DNA of 63,709 nucleotides, filler included, from Lama guanicoe (Eukaryota): assembly GCA_013239625.1 (NCBI GenBank). It is 177 parts of 177 records of this genome, joined end to end, with 100 filler letters (N's around TTAATTAATTAA, not from the genome) between each part and the next. Parts side by side here need not be neighbours in the genome. Positions count along the whole stretch, not along the records: positions 10,439 to 10,698 come from PNXV01050000.1; positions 10,799 to 11,058 come from PNXV01050001.1; positions 11,159 to 11,418 come from PNXV01050002.1; positions 11,519 to 11,778 come from PNXV01050003.1; positions 11,879 to 12,138 come from PNXV01050004.1; positions 12,239 to 12,498 come from PNXV01050005.1; positions 12,599 to 12,858 come from PNXV01050006.1; positions 12,959 to 13,218 come from PNXV01050007.1; 169 more parts are not named here. One strand, 5' to 3'. Shown here piece by piece: positions 10,625 through 24,017 of the stretch. The notes under the pieces were generated by a model, which saw only the letters and a program-made list of their open reading frames with translations, did no database searches and was not told the origin of the DNA. The number at the start of each line of letters is the position of its first letter. Within the stretch, counting starts at the first letter, position 1. Made by a program: the position numbers and the translations under genes.

Positions 10625-13600
10625 CTGCAAAGAATCATCCTTGAGACTCAAGCACCTGCACGGAGCCCACGTCATCTCCCTCCTGGTCCCTGAGGGGCNN
10701 NNNNNNNNNNNNNNNNNNNNNNNNNNNNNNNNNNNNNNNNNNTTAATTAATTAANNNNNNNNNNNNNNNNNNNNNNNNNNNNNNNNNNNNNNNNNNNNAA
10801 TCTCTCCCAATCCAAATTCCTCTTCAGCCTCTTACCCTGTAAGATCTTATTATCCTTTGCTTCATCTCATACCTGCCATGATCAAAAGTCCACCACTCCT
10901 CTGACAAGAGCCCGTTACTGACTCTTAACAGCTCCATCTTCCACGCCACTACATCACTTCACCTCTAGAAGATCACATAGCCTGATTCCCCATCTCAGTT
11001 TTCTCCAGTCACTGAGAGCATCTGTGATCTACATTCTCCCAAAATTTCAAAACTATTCNNNNNNNNNNNNNNNNNNNNNNNNNNNNNNNNNNNNNNNNNN
11101 NNTTAATTAATTAANNNNNNNNNNNNNNNNNNNNNNNNNNNNNNNNNNNNNNNNNNNNTGAATCTCAATTGTGTTATTTATAAAGTGTCAGTTGTGATTT
11201 CAAGCTCAAGAGATAGTGATCAAGAACAAATACAATTTAATCTTGGAACATATCCTGACACATTCTACGTGCCAACCTATAGAGATGGTCAACAGAAGTT
11301 TACACCTTCAGTTCATCTTCCATGTAGGATAAGGTCCAGATTCAAGGCTTGCATTTTTTTCCCTCATCAAAAACCCATCATCAGAATTTTTTCTGCTACC
11401 TCTTTTCCTCTTATAGATNNNNNNNNNNNNNNNNNNNNNNNNNNNNNNNNNNNNNNNNNNNNTTAATTAATTAANNNNNNNNNNNNNNNNNNNNNNNNNN
11501 NNNNNNNNNNNNNNNNNNTGCTTCAGATCCCTCAAGGACTGCCCATGCCCCAGGGCCCCATCTGCCCTACCAGCCTTGGCTGCTGGACTCCAGGGCACCA
11601 TCCTGGGTCTCAAGCATCCTCTGTTCCTATGACCGCCCCACTACTCTACAATTTGTCCTTCAAGTGTGAGCTCCTGTGGCTCTCCACACAGCAGGGGTCT
11701 CCCAGTCCTCCACCTCGGGTAACTGCATTGTCCTGCATGGTGCCTAGCGAACCCATGTGGAGGCAGGAAGAATACAGANNNNNNNNNNNNNNNNNNNNNN
11801 NNNNNNNNNNNNNNNNNNNNNNTTAATTAATTAANNNNNNNNNNNNNNNNNNNNNNNNNNNNNNNNNNNNNNNNNNNNTTAAAAATGCAGCTGCTGGCAA
11901 ACAGAATCTCATTTGTGCCTCTCTCAATAGGAGTGGCCAACTGATCTGAATATTGTGTCTATGCAAAATGCAAAACTAAAGTTACTCCAAAAACCAAGGC
12001 ATACAAAGTGTACAAGACACCACACTCTTTGTCTCTGGTAAAAATATAAACACACACACATACAAATACACAAACTACCCTTCTTACAGTAATGTACAAA
12101 AGCCTTGAGAAAATTATAAGTTCTAGTCTGGGTCTGAANNNNNNNNNNNNNNNNNNNNNNNNNNNNNNNNNNNNNNNNNNNNTTAATTAATTAANNNNNN
12201 NNNNNNNNNNNNNNNNNNNNNNNNNNNNNNNNNNNNNNTTCAAGAAGTGATACGCTTCATTTCATTATTTGTCAACCTGAACTTTTACAAATAACACTAT
12301 AGAATTTAAAATGTCATGGTAGAGAATTTTATTTTATCAGGAATATTGTCAGGAATACTAATTTTATCATCTTAAAAATAGGACATGGATTGCTGGGAGC
12401 CAGCCACTGCCCACAGGACCTGGCGGTTCGTCCAGAGCAACAGCACCTGGGGGCCCGTGGACAGAGAGGACAGGTCACCTGGGCAGAATCACATATAGNN
12501 NNNNNNNNNNNNNNNNNNNNNNNNNNNNNNNNNNNNNNNNNNTTAATTAATTAANNNNNNNNNNNNNNNNNNNNNNNNNNNNNNNNNNNNNNNNNNNNGC
12601 CTCTTTCTCTCCCCTCCCCTGGCCTCTGCCCCCTTCTTAGCGCTGTGAGAAGAGTGAGAGGCAAATAACCGCTTTGCCCTCCCCGGGCTCCCAGTAGAGC
12701 AGAAGGGCTTCTGTTACAGCACCTCACCCCATCCAGCCTCCATCACGGTCTCCCAGAGCTGCACCCCCGCCCCAGATCATCTGGGTGGAGCCCCGGGAAG
12801 AAGCAGTGAGATCTGCCATTTAGCGTAAGTCCCAGAGGGTGCTCCCTGGCACCCAGTGNNNNNNNNNNNNNNNNNNNNNNNNNNNNNNNNNNNNNNNNNN
12901 NNTTAATTAATTAANNNNNNNNNNNNNNNNNNNNNNNNNNNNNNNNNNNNNNNNNNNNCTGGATAATCTCAGTAGTTTTAAGTTAACTGACATTTTCTTC
13001 AACAAGTACATATCTACAGAGAAACCTTATTGAATTTTCCATTTTAGTCATTATATTTGTTTCTCTAGAATTTCTAGATGGTTTTTATTATAAATTTTAT
13101 CTATTTATATTCTCTGTACAATCAGATGTTCACATAATTTAATTCTTTAGGTATGGTTTCTGTTAGTTATTTGAACATATGTGTAATTGCTTATTTATGT
13201 CTTTGTCTAGTAAGTCCANNNNNNNNNNNNNNNNNNNNNNNNNNNNNNNNNNNNNNNNNNNNTTAATTAATTAANNNNNNNNNNNNNNNNNNNNNNNNNN
13301 NNNNNNNNNNNNNNNNNNTTATATTTGGTTCAACTCTCTTAATAAATTTGGTAAGAAAATTCAAACAGTATAAATTTCAAATAATCATTTTCAGCAGTTG
13401 TTTATGTATGTTTTATTAAACAATCAGCTCATTCTAAATGATTATTTTATCATAAATGTGTAATCAGTTCTTTTATTGATATTAAAAATTTATGTCATGC
13501 ACCTAGTACATATATTGTAAAATCATTGTTTTATCTAGACAGTCCACAAAGAAAATGAAACTTTAAAATATTATTCAGNNNNNNNNNNNNNNNNNNNNNN

Positions 13601-15118
13601 NNNNNNNNNNNNNNNNNNNNNNTTAATTAATTAANNNNNNNNNNNNNNNNNNNNNNNNNNNNNNNNNNNNNNNNNNNNAGGAGCAACAGCAGAAACAGCG
13701 ATCATAATTGTTTATGATAAGCCCATTGATCTTTTCTTAAAGGACAAATTCAGTGTGCAAGAATTCACGCAGGGCAACAGACAGGGCTCTAAAGCAGGTG
13801 TGTCCTGGGCCAGTCGAGTCGGGGGAGCCTGGTTTGACCTCTGACATGGAGTGTGGGAGGACCCCAAGCTAGCCCCCCGCTGTACATACTTTTCTTGTTT
13901 TGATCATTTTCTTCATTTTTATGTTTTAAAAACTCCAGNNNNNNNNNNNNNNNNNNNNNNNNNNNNNNNNNNNNNNNNNNNNTTAATTAATTAANNNNNN
14001 NNNNNNNNNNNNNNNNNNNNNNNNNNNNNNNNNNNNNNACAACCTAACAAATAATCCTGTGCAATTCCATATGATGACATTTATTTCACCACATTGTCCA
14101 ATCAAATTGTACCCTACTGATTCTGTCATCCAGTGCTTCCTACCAGTAAGATGCTGCAAAAGGAGAGGTAGTTTTGACAGAGAGCCTGTAAACAATAATA
14201 AGCTTTAATTTGTCATCCAGAGACCACGTTATGCATCCCCAGCCTAGTATTTGGTTTCTGTGCATGAAAAGTGGCACTTTTAATACTAGAGCAAATGTNN
14301 NNNNNNNNNNNNNNNNNNNNNNNNNNNNNNNNNNNNNNNNNNTTAATTAATTAANNNNNNNNNNNNNNNNNNNNNNNNNNNNNNNNNNNNNNNNNNNNGA
14401 CTTGGCCCATCTGGCCAGGGGTAGGAAAATGCACAAAAGACTACCATAAGAGGGAGAGGGACACAGAACTGAGAGGCCGGGGGAGCAGGAGGGCAGCTGC
14501 AGAGGGGCCCCCGGGTAGGGGTGGAGATGGAGGAGAGGGGACAGTTGCTCTGGCCAGAGAAACACTTGCCAGACAGACATGTGATGTGGCCACGTGGCAT
14601 TTGGACAGGCCGGGTGGTGGCAGGGCTAAAAAGAGGCCACGTGTTGGCCTGGGCCTCTNNNNNNNNNNNNNNNNNNNNNNNNNNNNNNNNNNNNNNNNNN
14701 NNTTAATTAATTAANNNNNNNNNNNNNNNNNNNNNNNNNNNNNNNNNNNNNNNNNNNNGTTTGGCTGATTTGGGGAATATGAAACCACAAAAAAACCTGA
14801 CCTTTCTCTCTTTTCTCTCCCTCACCTTGTGATGGACATAGCCACACCCTCCCTCTTTCGGAATCTGGCTGGAGGCTACCTACCCACCAGGTGCAAGGAT
14901 TCAACTTGGTCTGCGTATATCCAGGTTCTCATTTAAAATTTATACTCTCTTAATTTTGTAAAAGTCGAAGTGAATATTGTTTTGTGCATGTGTTGCTTTG
15001 AAGGACGATGCTCTTTCCNNNNNNNNNNNNNNNNNNNNNNNNNNNNNNNNNNNNNNNNNNNNTTAATTAATTAANNNNNNNNNNNNNNNNNNNNNNNNNN
15101 NNNNNNNNNNNNNNNNNN

Positions 15119-15377
15119 CTGGAGAATGTAATTCTAAGTAAAGTAAGCCAGAAAGAGAAAGAAAAATGTCATATGATATCACTTCTATGTGGAATCTAAA
15201 AAAAAAAAAAAACAACTTATTTACAAAACAGAAAGAGACTCAGAGACATAGGAAACAAACTTTTGGCTACGGGGGAGTAGGAAAGGGGATAGAAAGGGAT
15301 AAATTGGGAGTTCGAGATTTGCAGATATTAACTAATAAATATAAAATAGATAAACAAGTTTATACTGTATAGCACAG
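15119..15377 (+). mobile_element. L1 3'UTR fragment
   Basis: attctaagtaaagtaagccagaaagagaaag..gggataaattgggagttcgagatttgcagata..tactgtatagcacag. Confidence 0.9.
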
Positions 15378-16926
15378 NNNNNNNNNNNNNNNNNNNNNNN
15401 NNNNNNNNNNNNNNNNNNNNNTTAATTAATTAANNNNNNNNNNNNNNNNNNNNNNNNNNNNNNNNNNNNNNNNNNNNGTACGTGGTGTGCACGTGGGGGT
15501 TTCAACAACATTAAGTCTGGAGCTGTTGAACATCCCTAATTGAGAGAAATACAACTGAAGGAGATGCAAAAGCCTCAGAACTCTGAGTCCAAAATAACAA
15601 AATGTAATTCTGTCGGGAAGGATGCAAACTAGCATCTCCAGGGATGCATACACAGTAATAGATATTCAACGAGCAGAGAAGCTAGAAAACATTATTACTG
15701 AATGATTCCTGGGAGTGTTAATGGGAAAGAAATTAAANNNNNNNNNNNNNNNNNNNNNNNNNNNNNNNNNNNNNNNNNNNNTTAATTAATTAANNNNNNN
15801 NNNNNNNNNNNNNNNNNNNNNNNNNNNNNNNNNNNNNAAGGTGCAGGCTTGGTGTCCAGGCAGAGACAGCCTGACACTCAGCTGGGATCCCCTCCAACCG
15901 CAACCCCTGATGGCAATTCCAGCGAAAGGGCTGAGGCACGGGGTGGGGGGGGTGCGGGACTGGGCAGCCGTGCGCTGAGCATGCACACTGGAGAGAGGGA
16001 ACCAGCCGGGAAAGCAGGGGAGGGGCTCAGCGGAGGGCTCCCGGCTGTCGCAGGGACTTGGGGGGAAGGAGGGCTGATGGGGAAGCACGAGGGGAGANNN
16101 NNNNNNNNNNNNNNNNNNNNNNNNNNNNNNNNNNNNNNNNNTTAATTAATTAANNNNNNNNNNNNNNNNNNNNNNNNNNNNNNNNNNNNNNNNNNNNTGA
16201 GACCCAGACTCCTAAGGCAAATGCCAACTTCAAGACCAAGAGGCAACATTGTCACCAACGGATGTCACATTACAGTAGGATTTCAAGAGTGTCTGAGCTG
16301 CTCTTTATGGATGACTTTGCTAGTATCTCTAAAGGGAGACAGAAGGACATCAGGCAAAAGAATGAAAAGGAAAAGTTGTATTTTCATCAACAATGTTATT
16401 GTACTTTAGAAAGTAAGTACTTAGGCAACTTCTGTGGCAGATGGGGGAGGGGAACAGNNNNNNNNNNNNNNNNNNNNNNNNNNNNNNNNNNNNNNNNNNN
16501 NTTAATTAATTAANNNNNNNNNNNNNNNNNNNNNNNNNNNNNNNNNNNNNNNNNNNNACACACACACACATTCATACATGCATACATATTTGTTATAAAG
16601 TATTAAAAATGGGAGAGTGTTATGCTTTTGATAGCTAACTTTTCCTTAATTGAACTATGTTTCTTTGAGTTATGGACGACCAAGTCTGGTGTCTGGATGA
16701 CCAATGATAAGATTTAGAACCACTTGAATGGAAAGCAACTCTTTGCTGGTTTTATTCCTGGTATTTTTGAAGAATTATTTTGATAATTTTAATAGAACAT
16801 GTAAATTTTAAAACACANNNNNNNNNNNNNNNNNNNNNNNNNNNNNNNNNNNNNNNNNNNNTTAATTAATTAANNNNNNNNNNNNNNNNNNNNNNNNNNN
16901 NNNNNNNNNNNNNNNNNTTCTCCCAG

Positions 16927-17124
16927 TGCACCCTCTCTGGGAGAGCATGGACCTGGTCCCAGGGGGTGAGCGCCAGTCACCCATCAATATCCGGTGGAGG
17001 GACAGTGTCTACGATCCTGACTTAAAACCACTTACCATCTCTTATGACCCAACTACCTGCCTCCACATCTGGAATAACGGGTACTCTTTCCTCGTGGAAT
17101 TTGAAGATTCTACAGATAAATCAG
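16927..17124 (+). CDS. CA5B: Complete 198-bp exon of mitochondrial carbonic anhydrase 5B
   Basis: Bounded by a ttctcccAG acceptor and a G|GTGAGA donor. Encodes [65 protein letters not shown], with the alpha-CA RQSPINI and NNG motifs. Confidence 0.95.
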
Positions 17125-17277
17125 GTGAGAGCCAGACCTGTGGTCTTGTCTGGAGTTAAAGGGACAGTGTGATGTCANNNNNNNNNNNNNNNNNNNNNNN
17201 NNNNNNNNNNNNNNNNNNNNNTTAATTAATTAANNNNNNNNNNNNNNNNNNNNNNNNNNNNNNNNNNNNNNNNNNNN

Positions 17278-17537
17278 TTTTTTTATTGAGTTATAGTCAA
17301 TTTACAATGTTGTGTTAATTCCCAGTGTATAGCACAACTTTTCATTTATACATGAACATACAGATATTCATTGTCATATTCTGTTCTGCTGTGAGCCACC
17401 ACAAGGTCTGGTGTATATTTCCCTGTGCTGTACAGTGTAGTCTTGTTATCTGTTCTACATATGCCTGTCAGTATCTTCAAATTTTGAACCTACTTCAAAA
17501 AGACACCTGCACCCCAATGTTCAAAGCAGCACTATTT
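17278..17537. mobile_element. L1 insertion with an internal inversion junction
   Basis: Antisense L1 3' tail with poly-T (17278 to ~17489) directly abuts sense ORF2 C-terminal sequence (QKDTCTPMFKAALF). Confidence 0.8.
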
Positions 17538-20157
17538 NNNNNNNNNNNNNNNNNNNNNNNNNNNNNNNNNNNNNNNNNNNNTTAATTAATTAANNNNNNN
17601 NNNNNNNNNNNNNNNNNNNNNNNNNNNNNNNNNNNNNAGTACACAAACAGATAAGTTGGAAAGATCAGAAGGGGTTGGGTTATGGACTAAATGCTAGGCT
17701 TAAGGTATTTCATGGAAAATAAAATTCTAAGCAGGGGAGACAATATGGAAAGACATGTTTTATGAGGATGAATATGAAGGAAAAATAGATAACATTATTC
17801 TCAAACATTTAAATAATAAAGATGCTCTAGGAGTGTACTTGCTTCTGTTGTTTGAGGTGGGGAACTTGACATTTATGTGAGAGGGCAATGAGCAGATNNN
17901 NNNNNNNNNNNNNNNNNNNNNNNNNNNNNNNNNNNNNNNNNTTAATTAATTAANNNNNNNNNNNNNNNNNNNNNNNNNNNNNNNNNNNNNNNNNNNNTGA
18001 TTTTAAACCAATAAGATGAAGAGGCTTTTCCACATGAGAGTGGGGGTCTGGCCTAAATAAACTTTAAAACTTTACTCTCCAAAAGCTAAAGGCCTTTGTG
18101 GTCCAGGCTGATGCATCAAAGGTTAAGATGGCAAAATGCCCGAAAATTGGTTCAATCAAATGATTATTGAGAATCCCAATTTATTTGCATGTCCACCATA
18201 TGTACACAGTACTTGTACCTTTTGTATGGCAGAGTACAATGTTTCCTTAAAAAAAAANNNNNNNNNNNNNNNNNNNNNNNNNNNNNNNNNNNNNNNNNNN
18301 NTTAATTAATTAANNNNNNNNNNNNNNNNNNNNNNNNNNNNNNNNNNNNNNNNNNNNTTTTTATTTCCATTTGGATATCTTTGTTAAATAGTAGTTATTT
18401 AGGACTGTTTTTACATAGTTTTCCCAAGATCAAATGCTAAATTGAAAATAAACCCATCAAAACTATTATCTGGTTTGTTTTATTTTAAATATGACAAAAC
18501 TATATCCCATTACATCTCTGCAACTGTTGTTTCCAGATAGTCTTAACTACTCATATTATAATTTTTAACCACAGAAAATTGTGGGAGGTAGATAATTGAG
18601 AACTGTCATATGTAAACNNNNNNNNNNNNNNNNNNNNNNNNNNNNNNNNNNNNNNNNNNNNTTAATTAATTAANNNNNNNNNNNNNNNNNNNNNNNNNNN
18701 NNNNNNNNNNNNNNNNNGATGACGCGTGGCGTGGTGGTGGGCAGGTGGCCAGTCGCTTGGCGAGGCGCGGCTGGAGTTACCTTTGAATCGACACTGCTGT
18801 GTCACTTTGAAGGGCTGGGATGGCATGACACAAAGTAACCCAAGAGGTGACTTGGGAGTTAACATTACGTGAAATGAAATATTGGCTGTGTCCAAAAGGG
18901 CCAGAACTGCTGGAATGACGTGGTATATGTGTCCCTCCATGGGATGGTGTTTCCCTGTATCCAAGGACTAGAAATAGNNNNNNNNNNNNNNNNNNNNNNN
19001 NNNNNNNNNNNNNNNNNNNNNTTAATTAATTAANNNNNNNNNNNNNNNNNNNNNNNNNNNNNNNNNNNNNNNNNNNNGGCACACAGCAAGAAGCTCTAAT
19101 ATCGATCTTGGAGTTCGTAGCAAAGACGGTTAAAGAATATTGAAGGACAGATATGGTTTCACCAAGAAGATGGGGGGAGGTCACCTTAGCTGGTTTTCAC
19201 ACCAAAGTCTAACGTATGGGGAGCAGGCAAGGTTACACCGTACGGAGTGGAGGTGGGAGGGGGTGGGTTTTATAAGACTCAGAGGGCTGAGGTGCATGGT
19301 TTGCATACCTTAGGTCAACGTGAAGGTTTTATGCAGANNNNNNNNNNNNNNNNNNNNNNNNNNNNNNNNNNNNNNNNNNNNTTAATTAATTAANNNNNNN
19401 NNNNNNNNNNNNNNNNNNNNNNNNNNNNNNNNNNNNNAAAAAAAAAAGCAAATGTTAATAGAGATTCACTCCGGGAGATGGGATGACAGAGATATCCAGG
19501 GCAAGGTGATGTTGAAAGCTGACTTCCTGGGATCTGAAGACCTTGTTCTGTCATCAGTGGGTGTACACCGTTTGCTCGGGTAGACCTCGGGGATGGCGGG
19601 GTAAACTGGGGGTTGTACAACTTCCCAGAAGACTTTTTTGTGTGTGTGAGCACCAAACAAGCTAACATATACAGAGCACTTAGCACTTAGTTAACAGNNN
19701 NNNNNNNNNNNNNNNNNNNNNNNNNNNNNNNNNNNNNNNNNTTAATTAATTAANNNNNNNNNNNNNNNNNNNNNNNNNNNNNNNNNNNNNNNNNNNNTAG
19801 TTGGGGAGCATGTGGTAATGATGCTAAAAGAAAGGAGACAAAAATGAAAAGAATCTTTAAAGGCTATTCTGTTTGTTCTGAAGTATATTTCACCCTCCTG
19901 CTAACCCTGGGCCTTCTACCACTTAACTTGTCTCTGCATAGAAAAATAGAAATAAAAAGTTACACAAAAGATAGCTTTGCTAAACAATCAGGATAATCCA
20001 AATCTCTCCTTTTCATAAGTAATAAAGTTGTTTTGCTGACATGATCTGAATAAATCTNNNNNNNNNNNNNNNNNNNNNNNNNNNNNNNNNNNNNNNNNNN
20101 NTTAATTAATTAANNNNNNNNNNNNNNNNNNNNNNNNNNNNNNNNNNNNNNNNNNNN

Positions 20158-20417
<260 letters not shown>

Positions 20418-21237
20418 NNNNNNNNNNNNNNNNNNNNNNNNNNNNNNNNNNNNNNNNNNNNTTAATTAATTAANNNNNNNNNNNNNNNNNNNNNNNNNNN
20501 NNNNNNNNNNNNNNNNNGTTTAAATTTTATCATGGCCATTTGCAAGCTGTATGGTCTTCAGCAAGATTTTTTAGCAGCTTAATTGAGGTGTAGTTTGCGT
20601 ATCATCCAATTTACCCATTTTACGTGTGCAGACCTTAGTTTTAGCAAAGTATATATCTGTACAACCATCACCACTATCCAGTTTCAGGATCCTTCCATAG
20701 CCCCCACAAAACTCCCCTCATGCCTGTTTGCAGTCAATTCTTGCATTCACCCCCAGCTCCAGGCAACCATGAATCTGNNNNNNNNNNNNNNNNNNNNNNN
20801 NNNNNNNNNNNNNNNNNNNNNTTAATTAATTAANNNNNNNNNNNNNNNNNNNNNNNNNNNNNNNNNNNNNNNNNNNNTTTTTTTTTTTCTTTCTGTTTCT
20901 AATTTCCTTCCCCAAATGCTCAGTTCATTTATTTTCATGCTTTCCTGTTTAGCAACAAAGCATAATTTATTGTGCCTTTAAAATGCACACTGAATGACCT
21001 GAATTGCTTCTCATTTGTAATTTGGCAAATTACGTACACCAGTGATGGGCGGGATATTATGACAAGGGCTGTCCTACCTTCCACCTGAGACCTATGAATG
21101 TGAATATTCACTGGTAACCTCTAAAAATCAGGGCACANNNNNNNNNNNNNNNNNNNNNNNNNNNNNNNNNNNNNNNNNNNNTTAATTAATTAANNNNNNN
21201 NNNNNNNNNNNNNNNNNNNNNNNNNNNNNNNNNNNNN

Positions 21238-21497
21238 TTTCAATAACATATTGTTTAATCTCCATGCTTTTCGTTTTTTCTCCTTTCTCTGTAGTTTATG
21301 TCTAGTTTCGTGGCATTGTGGTCAGTAAAGATGTTTGAGATAATTCGTATCTTCTTAAAATTGTTGAGGCTTCTTTTGTGCCCAAGCACATGATTAATCC
21401 TAGAAAATGTTCCATGGGTATTTGAAAATAATGTATATCCTATTTGGGGGGGGGTTGTAATGCTCTGAAAATATCCACCAAATCTAATTTTTCTATT
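21238..21497 (-). mobile_element. L1 ORF2 endonuclease C-terminal fragment
   Basis: Minus strand encodes remnants of FSNTHGTFSRINHVLGHK and IFTDHNA. Confidence 0.9.
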
Positions 21498-21597
21498 NNN
21501 NNNNNNNNNNNNNNNNNNNNNNNNNNNNNNNNNNNNNNNNNTTAATTAATTAANNNNNNNNNNNNNNNNNNNNNNNNNNNNNNNNNNNNNNNNNNNN

Positions 21598-21857
21598 TTT
21601 CTTCCTAATCCAGTCTTGGAAGATTGTATGTTTCTAGAAATTTATCCATTTCTTCTAGGTTATCCAATTTGTTGGCATGTAACTATTCATAGTATTCTGT
21701 TATGATTTCTTTGTATTTCTGTGTTATCAGTTGTTATTTCTCACCTTTCATTTCTTATTTTGTTTATTTGGGCCTCTCTCTTTTCTTGGTGAGCCTGGTT
21801 ACAGGCTTATCAGTTTTCTTTATCTTTTCAACAAACCAGCTCCTGGCTTCACTGATC
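21598..21857 (-). mobile_element. L1 ORF2 fragment
   Basis: Minus strand encodes KLDNLEEMDKFLETYNLPRL-like sequence. Confidence 0.9.
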
Positions 21858-23757
21858 NNNNNNNNNNNNNNNNNNNNNNNNNNNNNNNNNNNNNNNNNNN
21901 NTTAATTAATTAANNNNNNNNNNNNNNNNNNNNNNNNNNNNNNNNNNNNNNNNNNNNGGGTAACTTCCTATCACATTTTATTAGTAGGCAAAAATCACGT
22001 AAAACTCTCTTTAAAACAATGTTTACAAATACAAATTTTATTAAATAACCTGAGATTGTGTCTTATACCACTTTAATGTAATGCAGCATTTATTTGCTGT
22101 CTAGTTGAAAATATTCATATGTTGAAGTGCTAACCTCCGCGCCATCCCCCAGTGCCTCAGCACATGGCTGTATCTGGAAATAAGTCACTGAATTTGCCAT
22201 CAGTTAAGATTAGGTTTNNNNNNNNNNNNNNNNNNNNNNNNNNNNNNNNNNNNNNNNNNNNTTAATTAATTAANNNNNNNNNNNNNNNNNNNNNNNNNNN
22301 NNNNNNNNNNNNNNNNNTGACCTGAAACTCTGGCTTCTTGGAAGAGAGTAATGGGTCAAGAGGACAAATAGGATTCAGGAAAGTTTCTGTTTGACTTTCC
22401 ACAGCACTGTGATTACTTTTAATATCTGTTATTTTTAATTTACAGAAAAAACACTGAAGAGACACTTTTTGGTGGGGAATTGGTGCTAGGAGCATTTAGG
22501 AGGATCTAAACAAAATAGACTTTGGTTGATATTATTTTTTGTGTCTATTTTATAACTAGAGATATGTAGTCATCTGANNNNNNNNNNNNNNNNNNNNNNN
22601 NNNNNNNNNNNNNNNNNNNNNTTAATTAATTAANNNNNNNNNNNNNNNNNNNNNNNNNNNNNNNNNNNNNNNNNNNNAAGTGGACTTAGGTTACAGGCTG
22701 AGATGGAGAGGAAGCGAATTTGGCCAGAACCCCTGCTGGGTATCATTTCACGGGATGCCCGTGAGAACCGGGTACCAAGGCCATCCCACTTTTTCACCAG
22801 CTGCCTGGTGAAGTGCGACTCCAAGGCGCGGAGTCCTCTGTTTGGCCTGTTTGGATAAGCGGCTCACTCGGAGCCCAGTGCTGTTTCGGGGCAGGGATGG
22901 ATTCGCTTTCATCCTCATGCAGATCTGGTCTTCCTTGNNNNNNNNNNNNNNNNNNNNNNNNNNNNNNNNNNNNNNNNNNNNTTAATTAATTAANNNNNNN
23001 NNNNNNNNNNNNNNNNNNNNNNNNNNNNNNNNNNNNNGGTTTCTCTTCCAGGCTTTCCCAAAGCTCATTCCCCAGTTTAGTTAAGACTCCCAAATGTGGA
23101 ATGATGGACCTCCAGTGTGAGAGGAAGCTGGCCACGTGGCCAGGGACCCCCATTCCCCCGAGCAGGGGTGTCCCACACACCCCGTAGGAGTCCGAGCTCG
23201 GGAGGAGATGCTCCTGGCCCTTCTTTGCTTCAGACTTGACGGAGGTGGAGGTGGCAGCCCGGCACTGATGCAGGAGTCCTGAAGTGACCCAGGCCGTNNN
23301 NNNNNNNNNNNNNNNNNNNNNNNNNNNNNNNNNNNNNNNNNTTAATTAATTAANNNNNNNNNNNNNNNNNNNNNNNNNNNNNNNNNNNNNNNNNNNNTCC
23401 TTTTCAAGTCCAAATGTTGTGAATTAATTTCAAATTAAATTTTGAAATTAATGCTGCTTATAGTCACCAAATTATGTACTATTTTGTTTGAAAATGTACT
23501 TGGAACACATTATATTTTAGTATATAATCTTTGAAAAATAAAAATATATAAATTTAAAAGATAACGTTTACTTGAAATATCTTCATTCAAGTATGATCAC
23601 TGTTAACTGCTTTTTATACTCACCTTAGTGATACTAAAAAACCTACTTTCATACCCANNNNNNNNNNNNNNNNNNNNNNNNNNNNNNNNNNNNNNNNNNN
23701 NTTAATTAATTAANNNNNNNNNNNNNNNNNNNNNNNNNNNNNNNNNNNNNNNNNNNN

Positions 23758-24017
23758 GACAAAAGCTTAGTGAGGAAGCTCTTGATGGAGTATTTTCAAA
23801 CACCCAGACCTCAACGCCATGAAGTGTTACAATTATTGGGAAACACTCTGGGCATTAAAAGGGAAGAAATGGAGCTGGTTTTTAATGAAGAGCAAGGCGG
23901 TGGTACCAGATGGATGGCTAGGTGGCTTGGGTCGAAAAGTGTCCCCAACACACCTCTGAGACCAAATCAACAATTTATGCCTAAGAATTCTTTTTCAGAA
24001 CTTTTTGCTCAATTTCT
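23758..24017 (+). CDS. Diverged TRIP11 (GMAP-210)-like C-terminal GRAB region, open across the whole contig
   Basis: [86 protein letters not shown] shares [24 protein letters not shown] and SFSELF with TRIP11 as recalled. Confidence 0.85.

Noticed and set aside
16262..16360. RTE-like reverse transcriptase motif VSELLFMDDF
   Set aside because: It is only a short resemblance to LLFADD without supporting flanking motifs, and cannot be supported without a profile search.
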